A stretch of 64,000 nucleotides of DNA from Felis catus (Eukaryota), in assembly GCF_018350175.1 (NCBI RefSeq), contig NC_058368.1:15254001-15318000 (forward strand), read 5' to 3'. Positions 21,813 through 36,059 of the stretch are shown one piece after another (within the stretch, counting starts at the first letter, position 1; each line of letters starts with the position of its first letter). The notes below the pieces were generated by a model. That model saw only the letters and a program-made list of their open reading frames with translations, had not been told where the DNA came from and searched no databases. A program made the translations under genes and the position numbers.

Positions 21813-22835
21813 ATGTGTCATCCCACATACATATATCTTTGAGCAAAAGTCAAACTTGGTAGTAACTTGGAATCATGGTTCTAGTAACTTATGATTTTGG
21901 TTCTTTATATATTCCGTTATTTCTTTTCTAGTACTATCTTAAGGAGTTTTTTTTTTTTTCTTACTAGAAATAAGCCAGATATTTAATTTGCTAGATATAA
22001 GGGAAAGTTATGGAAAACACATACTAACTTGAAAGTAGCCTCTAAAGGAAACACCAAGATTAATTATAAACAATAAAATGTTAATACAGTAGCTAGACCT
22101 AACATTTTCATAAATATAATTCAGATTCATAAACCTTGCCCACCTACCCTGGTTCGGCTGCATTCAGGCCTTCCTGCATGACTCACGGTAACGTGCTTGT
22201 TCATGGAGGGTTTGTACACTGCAATGCTACAGGTATAAAGAAAAGGGATTGAGAGATAGATTTCCCCGAGGTAATTACATTACATTATGTCATACAAAAG
22301 ATTCTATGGCTTTGTAAGAGAAGTTAGTAGTATGAGTTTCTAAAATGATCATGTTTCTAAATAACAGGGTATAAAATGGGAACTTTAGAGGAGCTTACTG
22401 ACTAAAAGCTATTTAAGGAGGAAGACTACAGGAACTCAGTGACTGTGTGTGAGAGCTTTGCTGGTACTTACGAAATCCCATAAGGCTACAAGTATGAAAG
22501 GCAATTAACAATCCCCTTCTCCCCTTGTAATACCTATTTCATTTTGGAGGAAAGCTATGCTTTCCCTTTTTTCTATAATCTTGAGTCCCCTTTGATAAAT
22601 ACGTGAGGAAGGTGACAAATTACAGGTAGCTCTTTTCCCAAATGTCAGATGTAGACAAAGATAAGGGAGAAGTCATACTTTCGAAGCTTCATTTTCTGAA
22701 ATTAAATTGCAGACCTAGATATTTCAATTTAAGCCTCCTTTCATCTTCCCAGCCTCCTGGTTTGAGTCACACAGGCTTACATCACCTATACAATCTTTGG
22801 GGTGACCTCTGACAAAAAACTTCACTCTCTTCTAG

Positions 22836-23082
22836 GGGATTACAACAATCAGGTGTTTCTCTGGATCAGAAAATGTCTTCCCTCCAGCTGGAAAGAAAGT
22901 GCTCGCTGACTGCGGGGGCCAGGTGCCAGCCAAGCAAGGATTTGATATCTACATGGATGAGCCTGAGCAGGGGGACAGAGACAGCTGCACAGGGAGACAG
23001 GGGATGGCATTTGAGGATGTGTATGAGGTAGATACCAGCACACTCCAGTCAGACCTTCACTTCCTGCTGGATTTTAGCACAG
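22836..23082 (+). CDS. CCNA1: Cyclin A1 coding exon 2
   Basis: tctag|GITTIRCFSGSENVFPPAGKK...GFDIYMDE...SDLHFLLDFST|gtaatc; 247 nt. Confidence 0.97.
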
Positions 23083-23268
23083 GTAATCTGACTCACCTAA
23101 GGCCGATGGTACCCCGTGTTCATAATTGCCTACAGCATTCAATAGCATGTAACTAGCAGGAGAAATCCATGATGTAATGACTTAGTTTCACAACTGCCTG
23201 TGGAGGGTTAGTGGTTGGAATGAATTTTTAAATTCAATGTCTTACCTGATAATGTTGAACCCCCACAG

Positions 23269-23393
23269 TTTCCCCTATGCTGGTAGATTCATCTCTCCAT
23301 TCCCAGTCTGAAGATGCATCAGATTTTGGTACAGATGTGATAAATGTGACTGAATATGCTGAAGAAATTCATCAGTACCTTAGAGAAGCTGAA
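23269..23393 (+). CDS. CCNA1: Cyclin A1 coding exon 3
   Basis: cacag|(V)SPMLVDSSLHSQSED...INVTEYAEEIHQYLREAE|gtgagt; 125 nt. Confidence 0.97.
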
Positions 23394-23823
23394 GTGAGTT
23401 TTCCAAATTCTATTTCAATTTCCAGCACCCAAAACATTTAATAATAAGATAGTTATAAACTCTTGGCCATAACCATTAGTGAAGAGCATTCTTATGACAT
23501 CTAAACATAGGAAGATCTATGAAAAATAACAGTTGTGAGGCGAGTAGCAATTACCTGGACTATTTCTCCATGATTCAGAGGGGTTGTACATTAAGTATTT
23601 CACTCTTAGTAATAAGCCATATTGCTATTTCCACCCCTCCTTTAAGTTATTTGTTATCTAATTGGATTACATACTTTTTTCCATAGTAAAGATTTCTTTG
23701 GCTCTTGATCAGTGTCTTCTTAACCTTTGCTCACGAGATTCTTTTTTGAAATAGCAACTGTGCTGTGGAGTGATCTGTATGATAGGGCAACGATTTAAGT
23801 GTCAAAACTCTTTTTCCACACAG

Positions 23824-24047
23824 ATACGACACAGGCCCAAAGCACACTACATGAGGAAGCAACCAGACATCACAGAAGGCATGCGAACAATTCTGGTGGA
23901 CTGGCTGGTTGAGGTCGGCGAAGAGTATAAGCTTCGAGCAGAGACTCTCTACCTGGCCGTCAACTTCCTGGACAGGTTTCTTTCGTGCATGTCTGTTCTG
24001 AGAGGGAAATTGCAGCTTGTGGGAACGGCAGCTATTCTTCTGGCTTC
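23824..24047 (+). CDS. CCNA1: Cyclin A1 coding exon 4 (cyclin box, MRTILVDW motif)
   Basis: [75 protein letters not shown]|gtaagt; 224 nt. Confidence 0.99.
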
Positions 24048-25124
24048 GTAAGTGTTCTTTCAGCTTAATGTAAGACTGCAGCCTGTCAAAACGCTTGATT
24101 CTGTTTCCCTTTTATTGAGGAAATGCAGTGCTTTATAACTAAAGCTTACTCGTACCTCCTTGATAAAGTATCATCATTTTTTGCAGTATTTACTGACAAA
24201 CTGAATCTTAACACACTTTCACTCTTCAAATCAGGTATTTAAGATTTATAGCAACAAGGTCAGTATCATGACTGAGGCAGCCATAAGCTCAGATTCAAGA
24301 TCCAATTTAACTTTTGCAGGGTGGTCTTTTGACTGCATTCTAACACAAAAATATTATTTTGGTTATATAAAAGATTTTGGTTATAGAAAAGCCATCTTCA
24401 GGATCTAGCAAATGGTAATAGCACAGTTTATTTGGTTACAATTTCAGCTTGTTCCTGTTACTATCAGTCATTCATAATAATAGCTCATTGTGTACAAAAA
24501 AGAGCTGGCTTGTGGCTGAGCTGCCTTTAATTAAGTGACCTGTGGTGGATGGTAGTTTCTTCTATCTTTTTGTCTCAGATATTCTAGTTAATATGCCTAG
24601 AAACTTGCCAAAATTCCCCTACAGAAAGCAGAAACAAAAACAAAAGTTGGTAATAATGAAATTATATCATTATTTTATTCTTGGATACATAGCCTCACTT
24701 GCTAATTCACTAGGGAATTCTGAACATGATCTTTTTAAAGACCTAAGTTCTAAGGAATTTTTGTTCAACTGTTGTGTTCAATATAACATTCTTTCCCACA
24801 AGATGAGTGAGTGAGGTCTCTAGAATTAAGACGAATTTATCTGTGTGTCTGTCATTCGGAATCTTTCAGCCTATCAGAGGCCAAAACCTAAAATCCTCAG
24901 TTAGAAATTGTTTCTGTTACTATTACTAGCGATAAGTACAACATTAATACTCATGTTCTGGTTCTGGCACCAAGCCCTAATATTTTCCAGGCCAGTACCA
25001 TTTAGTGATACTTAAGTGGGTATCTGGATAAAAAGTAAAGAAGTCTGCGAGGGCCACACAAGAGGCATGGTGGTGAGAATGCAGGTTCCAAGCTTTACTT
25101 CCAAAAACTCTCTACCTTTCACAG

Positions 25125-25329
25125 GAAATATGAAGAAATATATCCACCTGAAGTAGACGAGTTTGTCTATATAACTGATGACACTTACACAAAACGACAA
25201 CTGTTAAGGATGGAACACCTGCTCCTGAAAGTCCTAGCTTTTGATCTGACCGTGCCAACCACTAACCAGTTTCTCCTCCAGTACTTAAGGAGACAAGGAG
25301 TGTGCATCAGGACTGAAAATTTGGCCAAG
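25125..25329 (+). CDS. CCNA1: Cyclin A1 coding exon 5
   Basis: [68 protein letters not shown]|gtaggc; 205 nt. Confidence 0.98.
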
Positions 25330-26303
25330 GTAGGCCACGTGACTTCCAGGAACTTGGGAGCCAAGGAGAGTAAAAAGTAGTCTTTCCTGATCATCCTTCA
25401 GTTCTTCCTTCTTTTTTAGTTGTCTTGGGCACAGAAAAACTCTTTAGGAATTCAAGAGAGCTAATCTTAGGACCATGAGTTGTGGTTCCAAGACATTATG
25501 GTTGATCACGTTTGGTAGGCATGGATTGTCTAATCACCCAACTCTTAAAGAAATTCAAGTTTGGAAGCTGTTCCCTTGTCGGATACAGACCACACGCGAG
25601 CAATACCTCTTCTTAGGTTTACAGAATGGGAACAAAGTAAATGCGGTTTTTATTTGGCTCTAATCTTATCCTGACATATTAAGTGATGAAGCATTATTTG
25701 GTCACCTGAGGTCCTTGAGTTGAAGGCACTGAAGTATTGATTTAGAAAACTTGCTTTCTAACCACGATACTATGAGCTAGTATATCCGGCATGTATATGC
25801 TATGCAAAAAGTAATATGGGTATGTGTAAGTTTCACAGTATGTTTCTTCTAATCCAACAAGTTCTCAGAGGTACTGTTCTAGCCTCTGAACTGAATGCAT
25901 TTGCCTGACAAATTAATAGCTTCAATATGGTTGTGTTTTTGCCATTGGCCAAAGACTCTTCCACACTAGTGGCCGGATCAGTGCTACTTTACCTGACTAG
26001 CATAAGTCTGTAGTACTAGAATAAGATAAGTTAATCTATCATATATAATGTGCAAGTGGACCAAATACTTGTATACTGACATTTACTACAACATAAATGT
26101 TATTCCGGTTATGGACAGACATAGCAATTATTAACTTGAATAATTAATAAAGTGAATAATTTTGAGCATCTGTTTTTGTCTGCTCATCATTAGATACAGG
26201 ATGAACAGAGATAAGACAATTTTTTTTCCCTTGACATTTCTAGGTTTACGTGTAACCTTAGTCACATTTCTAATTCCACTGGGATTTTCTCTCTTGTGCT
26301 TAG

Positions 26304-26417
26304 TATGTAGCAGAACTGAGTCTACTTGAAGCTGACCCATTCTTGAAATATCTTCCTTCATTGATAGCTGCAGCAGCATATTGCCTGGCAAACTATACTG
26401 TGAACAGGCACTTCTGG
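26304..26417 (+). CDS. CCNA1: Cyclin A1 coding exon 6
   Basis: [38 protein letters not shown]|gtaaga; 114 nt. Confidence 0.98.
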
Positions 26418-27254
26418 GTAAGATTCTACTTTCTAGATGAGATTCAAGGCCTATGTAAAAATCTGTTCAGTAACTCCCAAGGCTTAGAGTGAGGGAGAGT
26501 TGGTTTAATAAGGAACTGGTTGTCTTGCCAGCAGATTCCAATATGCCACTGAGTCTTACAGGTCAGCCTTTATGACTTTGACTCAGTGACTTGGAGTAGA
26601 GATTGCAGGAAGTCAAGGAGATGGTGTTGGCATGCTTATTGAAAAGAAGCAGGCCTGGAAACCCCAATGCCCCCCTCATACAAGGTGAGCAAAAGTTGTT
26701 GACTTTTCCCCTCTGTGTAAAACAACCTGGATCCACTTAGGATGGTCAGAAGGTTGCAGCAAGTTTTCAAGGAAACAGGGCAGTTAGTATTGCCTGTCGG
26801 TCCAAGAAGAGGCAAGATTGAAAACGGATCCCTTGATTTGCTTCTGAAGGCTTCCTTTTGTGCTGAAAGAAGTGGCGTGTCTACTTTTACTTTCTAGAAT
26901 ACTTATTTACTATCCTGCTTTTCACTAAGAATCTTTCATATTCTATGTAAATATGGTGTCTGGTAAGTAGAGGCTCTTTAGGGACCAGTAAAAATCCTGC
27001 TCATGAGGGAATAGGTCAAAGTAACTTGTCCCAAACCGAGCATTATAAATAATATAATATGAGCAAATTGAGAACTCTGACTGTTCTTCCTAATATTTTT
27101 TTTCTAAAGTCACTGAAGGAGGATTACAGTTTCTTTTGAGATGAATGTGGATACTTCCTAAGTGATCAATTTCCTTTATTTCACAGTTTTATCTTCAGCT
27201 TTCTGATAATCTTATGAAGTTACATGATGCAGTTTTTTCTTTTGTCTTGATTAG

Positions 27255-27388
27255 CCAGAATCCCTGGCTGCATTTACAGGCTATTCATTAAATGAAATTG
27301 TGCCTTGCCTGAGTGAGCTACATAAAGCATGCCTCGACATACCCCATCGACCTCAGCAAGCAATTAGGGAGAAGTATAAGGCTTCAAA
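27255..27388 (+). CDS. CCNA1: Cyclin A1 coding exon 7
   Basis: [44 protein letters not shown]|gtaagt; 134 nt. Confidence 0.98.
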
Positions 27389-27675
27389 GTAAGTTTCTAG
27401 ATTTTCTTATCTGGGCTTACTGATTTAAAGCTTTAATAGGTTATAGGAATGTCAGAATTAAAAATAGAACAAGTCGGATCTCTAGTACTAGGCTTGCATG
27501 TTAAATCAGGGGAAATCAGTTGAGAGAGGTCCAGATGTATAATTTGTCAGCTTGTAGTACATACAGTCGGACAGCTTTCTTCCTTTCTGTTGAAACTACT
27601 TCTGTTCAATTACTGTTGAAAGTTTTCTGTGGCCCAAGATTTTACAACACTGAAATCCTTTGGGTCTCATTTCAG

Positions 27676-27727
27676 GTACATGCATGTGTCTCTCATGGAA
27701 CCACCCGCAGTTCTCCCTCTGCAATAA
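27676..27727 (+). CDS. CCNA1: Cyclin A1 last coding exon
   Basis: ttcag|G TAC ATG...YMHVSLMEPPAVLPLQ TAA; the coding exons sum to 1266 nt = 421 aa + stop. Confidence 0.97.
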
Positions 27728-27915
27728 GTTTCCTACTGAAGCACTTTCAGAACTTAATCCCCAGATCAACAGAATTCGTCTTAACTTTTATAGGTTTCTG
27801 CAGGTTGGATCAACTAGTGTTGCTACAATATAGATGACATATTTTTAAAAATGTAATTGTGTTTAGGTTCTCTTAGACTTTGGTAGCTTGTACTGTCATC
27901 TAACATTTTTTAAAG

Positions 27916-27921
27916 AATAAA
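27916..27921 (+). terminator. CCNA1: Probable CCNA1 polyadenylation signal AATAAA
   Basis: First AATAAA after the stop codon, giving a 3' UTR of about 210 nt. Confidence 0.75.
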
Positions 27922-29242
27922 CAAAGAACTTGCCTTATGATCATGAGTTAGACTTATTTACTAATTAGGATGGCTGATGTACTTGCCTGGAGTTTTAGTG
28001 GGGAGCATTCTAAATGTCCTCTCTATTTCAAGGGTTCTCCTAAGCTGGTTTCATAAATCTGGCCTGCTATTAGCATTAAGTGTTCTGAGGAATTCAGAGA
28101 TTTTCATGTTTGGTAAATGGCTACCCCGAGGGTTTTTCCTTCCTGTCTCTTTACTTTTCACATAGCTCTCCATAAATGGGAAAAGGAAGGAACCCCAAGC
28201 TCAGGGATATAACCAGGCACTATCTATTCCAGCTTCCCTCCTGGACCCTATGGAGTAAAGACAGTGAGCTGAGGACTGAGTGTGGTCAAGGTACCTCTGA
28301 AGGGTGATTTACGTTTCATTCTACTCCAGGGACGTGACACTCATTTTGTAGGTTATGTCAGTGTGTAGTTTTGGTTTAGTCACCCACCAAGCATATATTT
28401 CAGCCTTAGAAGATGCTCAGAGAGATGGAAAAAGCAAATTTCACCACAGGGTGGGACTTCAGAACAATGAAGCTGACCCCTCATAGTTGTCCCTGGGGAG
28501 ATGTCCGTGCTAGCTCTGCCATAGCTCCGATTATTCTACAGTTCATACACAGTCCTATATGGCCCCTTGCAGCAGCACTCACATAGTATGCAAGGTGAGG
28601 AAAACTGCCAAAACATCCATTTGTTGCAACTTTGTTTTAAAGATTGGAAGGAAAATCAAGAGTACACTTGACCCGATGCAGGGTGGTACTTACTGGGGAC
28701 TGAATGTAACTTTTGTAAATGTCAAACCAGGAGGCCGTGGGCACACATGAGCTTTCTGTGCTGTGTGCCCCGTCTCTAGACCTGTCCCCGGGCTCAGTCC
28801 CCATGGCTCTGTGGAGGCAAGAAGGACAGGAAACTTGTGTTTTCTAGATCCCTTTACATAGAGAAGATTAGACCCAGATAAGTTTTGGTAAAATGGTAGT
28901 AGATAAAATTAACTCCAAATACTAAGTTTCAAGCTCTAATGAAATTATTAGTATAGAAATATAGCCGTATTTTCAAATTTTGTGAAGACTTTTTTGTTTT
29001 AAGTACCCACAAACTCTAAAAAGGTTTTAGCATTGCCTTTTTTTCCCTCTGCAGATAAACATTCTCAAGGTGTCTCCATTTCTGGTTCCACTGAAGAAAT
29101 CAACACTTCCCTAAGTATTCTGTGAATTATTTTCCATGAGTTTCACCAAGGGGATACAGGACCTATATCACTACCGAGTTTTCTGTTTTTATGTTCTATA
29201 ATCCACAATTTGTAATGTCACATTCTTTTTCTTTAAAAAAAA

Positions 29243-29444
29243 GTTTTTTTAAATCTTTATTTTTGAGAGAGAGATAGAGTGTAAGCAGGGGAGCAGCAGA
29301 GACAGAGGGAGACACTGAATCGGAAGCAGGCTCCAGTCTCAGCTGTCAGCACAGAGCCCCACGCGGGGCTCAAACTCATGAACCGTGAGATCGTGACCTG
29401 AGCCTAAGTCAGACACTCAACTGACTGAGCCACCGGGGCGCCCC
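29243..29444 (-). mobile_element. CanSINE
   Basis: SINE architecture. Confidence 0.9.
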
Positions 29445-32400
29445 TGTCTTGTCACGTCCTGACTTATGACTGGGCACCTTTCTGTTCACTGCATAGATGT
29501 GCTTACCTTCCAACTACCCTGTGGACTTGGCAGTGTAACAGACATGCACTATTAGGTGAGCCATAATATTGCCCTCTCCTGAGGAGGCAGTGGGGGAGGC
29601 TAATTCAGGCTAAGGCTTTCGTGGTAGAAGTGCTGTGTTTGTCCCTTTCGGGCCTTAAAGATTTGAGGGACCTGGCCAGGGAAGCTTCCTCTCATCCTCT
29701 GCCAGTTTACAGGGGCCATCCAACTCCCTGTGAAACCTGCCTGTCTCGAACTGCGGCCATGTGGAATCCTGACAAAATAACATTTTCTTTTGCTAGCGAT
29801 ATTCTTGTTCTGGAATGTTTTGCTTCACCTAGAAGAGACCTGAGAAATAGTCCTTCCTTATGAATTATTTTGCAAAGGAGGATTTTGTTGCTAACCTGGG
29901 TCCAAAATTTAACCCTGACTTTGGGTCACAAAACCATACTAAGGGACATAGAGGTCTGAACCCATAATTCTTATGTTCTTTGCTGCCACGATTTGCACAC
30001 ACTCATTCCCAGCCCCCAACACACACCCGCCAATTGCAAAGAACTGGTTCTCAGTTTTGACTTGCTTGTCTTATTACTTTTTTGTGTCCCTGAAATAGTT
30101 TATTTAAAACTAGAATACAACTGTCGCCTGTGGCCCTCCCAGCCAGCCAGAGAGAGAATAGCAGCCTTCATTCAGTGGCCCTCCTTTCATCCCATTCTTT
30201 TTTCTTCCCTGAATTTGGTGTTGGTCACACAGGGTTTTTATACTTCATAAGAATGTGTGCATAAACAATGACGTTTCCTTTTAAAATTTGATTGTTGACT
30301 ATCTTGCATATCCTTCAGTGATAAGCGTTTTAGGGTTCTCTGTATTTGGAGACTATCTGGAGAATCCTAGTTATTTATATACTATTGTGGAAGGTTAAAT
30401 GAATATACCATGGTTTTTCTGTTCTCTTGATTTTCCCACATCTTTTTCCTTGCCCTGCCCCACCCCACCCGCTACTTGCCAGCCAGTGAAGGCAATTGGT
30501 TGGGACAGGGCTATGGATGTGGGAGTATCACACCCGTCTCTGTGGTCTCTTTGGCCTGTGGCTTCAGGCCTTTCCCACAAATTGAGGGGCCCTTGTTGAA
30601 GTGGGCCATGAGAAAGGATAATGGAAACCACATTTGCCCACCCATTATCCAGAGCCAAAGAAAGAAATTGAATATACCCAAGCTGCTCTGTTGTTTCTGT
30701 CATTCCAGTAAGCTTTCCCCACGAGAGCGTTAAAACATCTAGACCTGATGTAGCACTAAAACCTTGAAATTGAAGTCCACACTGTTTGGCTGAGAGTTCC
30801 CTTGCCTAGGTACTCTCAGGCTTTCTGTTTCCTATGTCCAGATTGAGGGGATGGGACATACTCCTTAGGGCTCATGGCTGTGACCCCATTTAGCCTCCTG
30901 CAAGGACCAGCATGCAAAACCTATGGTCCACCGTTAAAGTTTTACTTCAGGGAGGACTTTCTCTTAGAAATAATAAATGACTTTTATTAGTGATTGTGGA
31001 CTTGATGGTATTCTTAAAAAACTGAATGGCCAATGCTCAATTAACTAGTGTAATGATGCGAAGAGGCACACGGGGAAAGGCATGGGGGAAAGGGGCTATG
31101 GGAAGGAGATCATAGGTAACACAGAGAAGTTAAAACAAGTCAAACCAGGATCTGTGGATTGAATGTCATGAGGATGAAGCTTACTCGGGCAGGTAGTTGA
31201 GTGACTGGGCCCATGGTGCTAGTCACATTGTGGGGTAGGTGTTCACCCAGGCTATACATGTTTGCTTCTCCCTAGTTGTCTCCTCCCCTTCACTCCTCTC
31301 CTTCACTGACTAGGTTTCCTGCTTACATCAATCAAGATATTATTATTTGCATCAATTTATTTGCTCCTTTAAACTTGATCAACCAGATGACTGGTGTGGC
31401 TGTTTACACACTGCAGTGAACACAGTGGAATGTTGGCTGGTTACTATTTAGTTCCAGCCACACGCTACAAATACATATATATTCTCTACTGATTCATAAT
31501 CCTATTAACTTTTCATCCTATATGTCCTCCCACCCTCCCCGACGGTTGATCTTCACATCGATTGCTCTTTCCCTGCATCATCAAGAGTTACCTGTAGAGG
31601 CATCCTCCATGTAACATCCATGCCGACCTCCCATCTTTTATGCCCAGTGCATGGACTATCACATTCAAAGACAACCAATTTGCCCCCCACTGGTTGGTAG
31701 GCGAAGGGAGAGAGAGGATACCAAAAGCCACAATCTCAGTAGGGAATCTGCAGTTGTTAAATACATGCCCAAGGCCCTGTGGAATTCCTTTTAACTGCAT
31801 GGACGGTGCATATATAGTACATAAAACAGAACACAGCTGAACTCACTCTGATAAAGCCCTGACTCAGTTCATGGAGGCAGTGGGTCGGGACATGTTTGTT
31901 ACCACATTCAAATCCCACAGTGGAAGGCTGGATTCTGGAACCACCAGCTGCAGGAGCTGTGCGTATCTTCTGTACCCCCTTGTTTCTCCAAGCAGCTGAT
32001 GCTGCAGTTACAGACTCAAAAATAAAAGGAAAGTGCTATCAGGGTCCCTGCTCTGCTATGCCAGTCCCACACTGAACCGGAGATAAGCAGTGAGTGAAAT
32101 GTCTGGAACAGATGCCAGATGGAGGGAATGGGGCTGGCTTCCGCTTATCGGACTAAGCTTAACCTACTGGCAAGGGGTTTCTCTCCTCAGTTTAATTAAC
32201 AATGAGAGAGAACTACAACCAGATACCAACCTGTGGTGTTGGGTATGTCAGTCTTCGGACAACTTGTTTCAAACTTTTGTCATCTAAAAATGTGCTTTCT
32301 GCTCTTCTGGTGATTAACAGCAGCTCATTGTTTTTTAAGAATTGAAACTAAGACGCAGACAAATGCAGTGAAAGGCCAGTACTGCCTTTCTCTTTCCACC

Positions 32401-34215
32401 CAGGAATTTATCCTTCACAAAGACCCTTAGGAGACCAGGGTCCTAATTCCAATTTGGCTATTAACTGAGTGATGCTGGTGGTACTAGGTAAGTTGACTGC
32501 ATTGATTGCTTTAACCACCCCAAACCTGTCTGGCTCATCACATGATGGGTTTCTCTCTCATGTCACTCTCCAGTGTGTATTAGGAAAAAGGGGGCTTTTG
32601 TTTTCACATGACCAACCTTTCCCTGGAGTCGCCCACTGAATTCTTGTTTTCAGCAGGTGAGGGAATAGAAACATGGAGAAAACATACCTATTCTTACTGC
32701 GAAGGCCTGGGAACTGTAATTGAGCTGTAAGCTCTGGGGGAAGGGCAGTGTGGATAAACAATCAGTCCTTGCCTGTGGGCATTTTACTTAGGGTCCTGAC
32801 TTTAATCCCATCATGAACTCAGAGTTTGATTGGATGAGTCTTTGTTGATTTTGAGTGACTTATCCATTTTTACTATTTCTCTCCAATCTGAATATGGCCT
32901 TTAAAATGACTGATCTTTTAAACCAACCACTTCTGAACAGTAACATTTCTTAATAATGGATGTGATACGCCAGTTACGTATTTTCTAATATGCATCTCAA
33001 TATATAATTACTGAACGTGAGTCACTTAAAATTCTGGGTGCTATGTCACCTCTTGGGAAACACCAAATTCAATTATCTTAGACTCTTCCCAGTTCTGTGG
33101 TAAATTTGTAATGCTTCAAAAAGTAAATGCCAACAAGAATTCACTTTTTTATGTGTCTTAAGCTTGATGGTACTTGGGCAGCAAATATGAAGGCTGGTCA
33201 TGAACTGCATTGAGAATGGCACTATCTTAGGATGATCAAGGGCCACAGAGAGGGGTGATATGGATTTAGGCCTCTACAATAATGGGATAGCATCTCTTTT
33301 CAGCCTTTACCCTATCCTTCCTCCTCAAGCATTAAAAGCAAGAGCCAGGGAAGTCGGAAGATTGACATATCTGTTTAGAATGAACACTTTGATGTGGCAG
33401 TTCTGACATTTAGGGGAAGAAAAGGGCTGGAAAAGGTGCCTAAAGTTGAGATGATACGTCACACTAGAATTTCTCACGGAAATAAAACATAATAGGGATT
33501 ATGTTCCCAATGCCTGCATCCATCTCTGTCCTTATCCCCCTGCTGTCACTGCCTTAGCTGAGCCCCCGTCATTTCTCAAATGCACCCATCCCTGTAGCAA
33601 CCTCCTAATGGCTCTTCAGTTTCCTTTTCCATTTCCAGAGTTTTCCAAAGTAAAATTGACGGTATCTCTTTCTTGCAACTAATTCTTCAATGCCTCATCA
33701 CCACTGGAATAAAATAGGGGGCACGTAGGCCCTTCATTAGCCGGACCCTGCCCACCCTTAACTAACAGCTCCTGCTTTAGTTAACCCTGCCAAGTTACTT
33801 GTGGTTCCCTGAATAGGCCATGTTCTCCCTTCCCGTATTCTCCCACACAGACTACTCTCTATTTGAAAAACATTTCCCACTTCCCAAAACCTTTTGGCTA
33901 CCTCTGAGGTGATTTTTCAGAACCAGTGTTTGGCTTTACTTCCCCATCAGCCTCAGGGTAAGTGTCTCTCACTGGCTATTAATTGTCTGTTTGCCCTTGT
34001 CTATCTTCCCCTAGAGTACACATTTCATCCCTATACTCCTAGCATCAGGCTTCATGCTAGAGATTCAATAATATTTTGTTGAATGAATGAATGCATTATT
34101 CTTTTTATAGAAAGTCACTAGCCCTCAATTTAATCCAGTATAAAGTGATATTGCTGAGAAGTATAAAACCTTTCAAAGTACATTTGGATAAAATGAGTTT
34201 AAAAGGAGAAGTTGT

Positions 34216-34445
34216 GGGGCACCTGGGTGCCTCAGTTGGTTGAGCGTCTGACTTCAGCTCAGGTCATGACCTCACGGTTCGTGGGTTCGAGCCCCGCATC
34301 AGGCTCTGTGCTCAGAGCCTGGAGCCTGCTTCAGATTCTGTCTCCCTCCCTCTCTGTCCCTCTCCTGCTCATGCTCTGTCTCTCTCTCTGTGTCTGTCTC
34401 TCTCAAGAATAAATAAACATTAAAAAATTAAAAAAAAAAAAGAAG
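34216..34445 (+). mobile_element. CanSINE
   Basis: SINE architecture. Confidence 0.9.
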
Positions 34446-36059
34446 AAGCTTCAACTGAAGGTAAGAGTGGATGCCGTCAATGTACTGTCATACAAAGTTC
34501 ATTCTCCTCATAATTCTTTCATTTATTGTAACATAAGAAACTAGAACATAAAGGAAAAACTTTCATTAGGGTCTTGAAACAAAGGCATTTCTTAGATGAG
34601 AACTGGGAATACAGTGGCTTTTTGAAAGACAGATCTAGGGCTTTGCTATCTTTTTGGCCTTTACATATTTCTCCATCTGTCTTACAGGGAAGATTTTTGC
34701 CGTCAAAAGAGGGCTTCCTGAGCTGCCATTTAATGAGCAACAACAGCTTTATTTTGCATGTGCTGTGATCTATCATAAATCATATTTGCTTTTGAAATGC
34801 ATAAAGAAGAGCCCTTTTAATGGAAGGGTTTATTCTTTGATCCCTTAAAAAAAAAACAAAAAAAACTTTGGCTTTATGGCAGAATGATAGGGGAACACCA
34901 TCAAGGCCCACCAGAAACAATGATGAATGCAAGATTGTTTGTGCTTATGGAGCACTTCAGTAGCTAAGGCCAAAGCAAAGGTACTGAGCTCAGATTAGGG
35001 AGCGAGGGTGGTGGGTAGGGGATAGTGGGTGGGCAGGAAGTAGGTGCAGACAAAGGGACTTTTAAGCGATAAGGAAAATTCTTCTAGAGCTCATTCATCA
35101 TGGAAGATATTACCTCTTCCCTAAATCCTGGGAGGTGGAGAAAGGCCTTCTTGCCATAACAGCATAGAGCTAAGCTTTTAGGTTTTTGAAAGAAGCTTTG
35201 CAGAACCGACATCTTCCTATGGATCCTGTATTGTATGGATTGTTATGTTAGTCAGCTTAGGCTAAGCTATGCTGAAATAACAAATAAGGCCCAAATTCCA
35301 GTGGCTTAAAACAAGTTGGCCAGCTTGTCTGTGTACTTGCTTTAAACAGTGACTCAGGGCTCCAGGTTGCTTCCATCTTTCAGCTCCGCCAACCTGCTTT
35401 CAGATGCATCCATGCTTTCAGATGCAACCTGCTTTCAGATGCATCCATGGGTAAGAGAACACGGAGAAGACACAAAGGAACTCAACCACCCTCGGGCTAG
35501 AACTGCACATATTTCTGCTGACACAGGGGCTGGAAAAAGTAGCTTAACTTTTTGACCTGGGAAGAGAGAATGGTTAGATGAACACATACCAAGGGCTATA
35601 ACAGTTAACATCTTTCTGGAGATTCTCTGTTGAATTTGAGAGTTAGGAATTAGAAACAGAAACAGCCTGGGCAGTAAAACTGCATTCTGAACTGCAATTA
35701 AAGCGAAAAGGTTACTCTTCAAGCATGGAATTTTGAACTATTACAGACAAGGATGGTAGGCAAGAACAACAGAAGAATCAGAACAAGAATGGAATAGTTA
35801 CCCTGGTGTACTATTTCCCAGGCTGTGTTCCGGGGGACCCTAATGCTCCTCGAGACGAAGATCGTGAAGGCTGGGAGGGGAAGCGTAACATGTGTGTGGT
35901 GGGGAGGCATTTTTCAGTCAAATAAGCCTGGTGGTTAAACAGTTTAAATGATTTCTCTGTTATTGGAATTCTCGCAGTCTTTACCTGGCCATGATAATGC
36001 ACCCCTCACATCTCCTTTTGAGGGGAACATAGCTGACCCAGGGTCCAGCTGTCGTGCTC

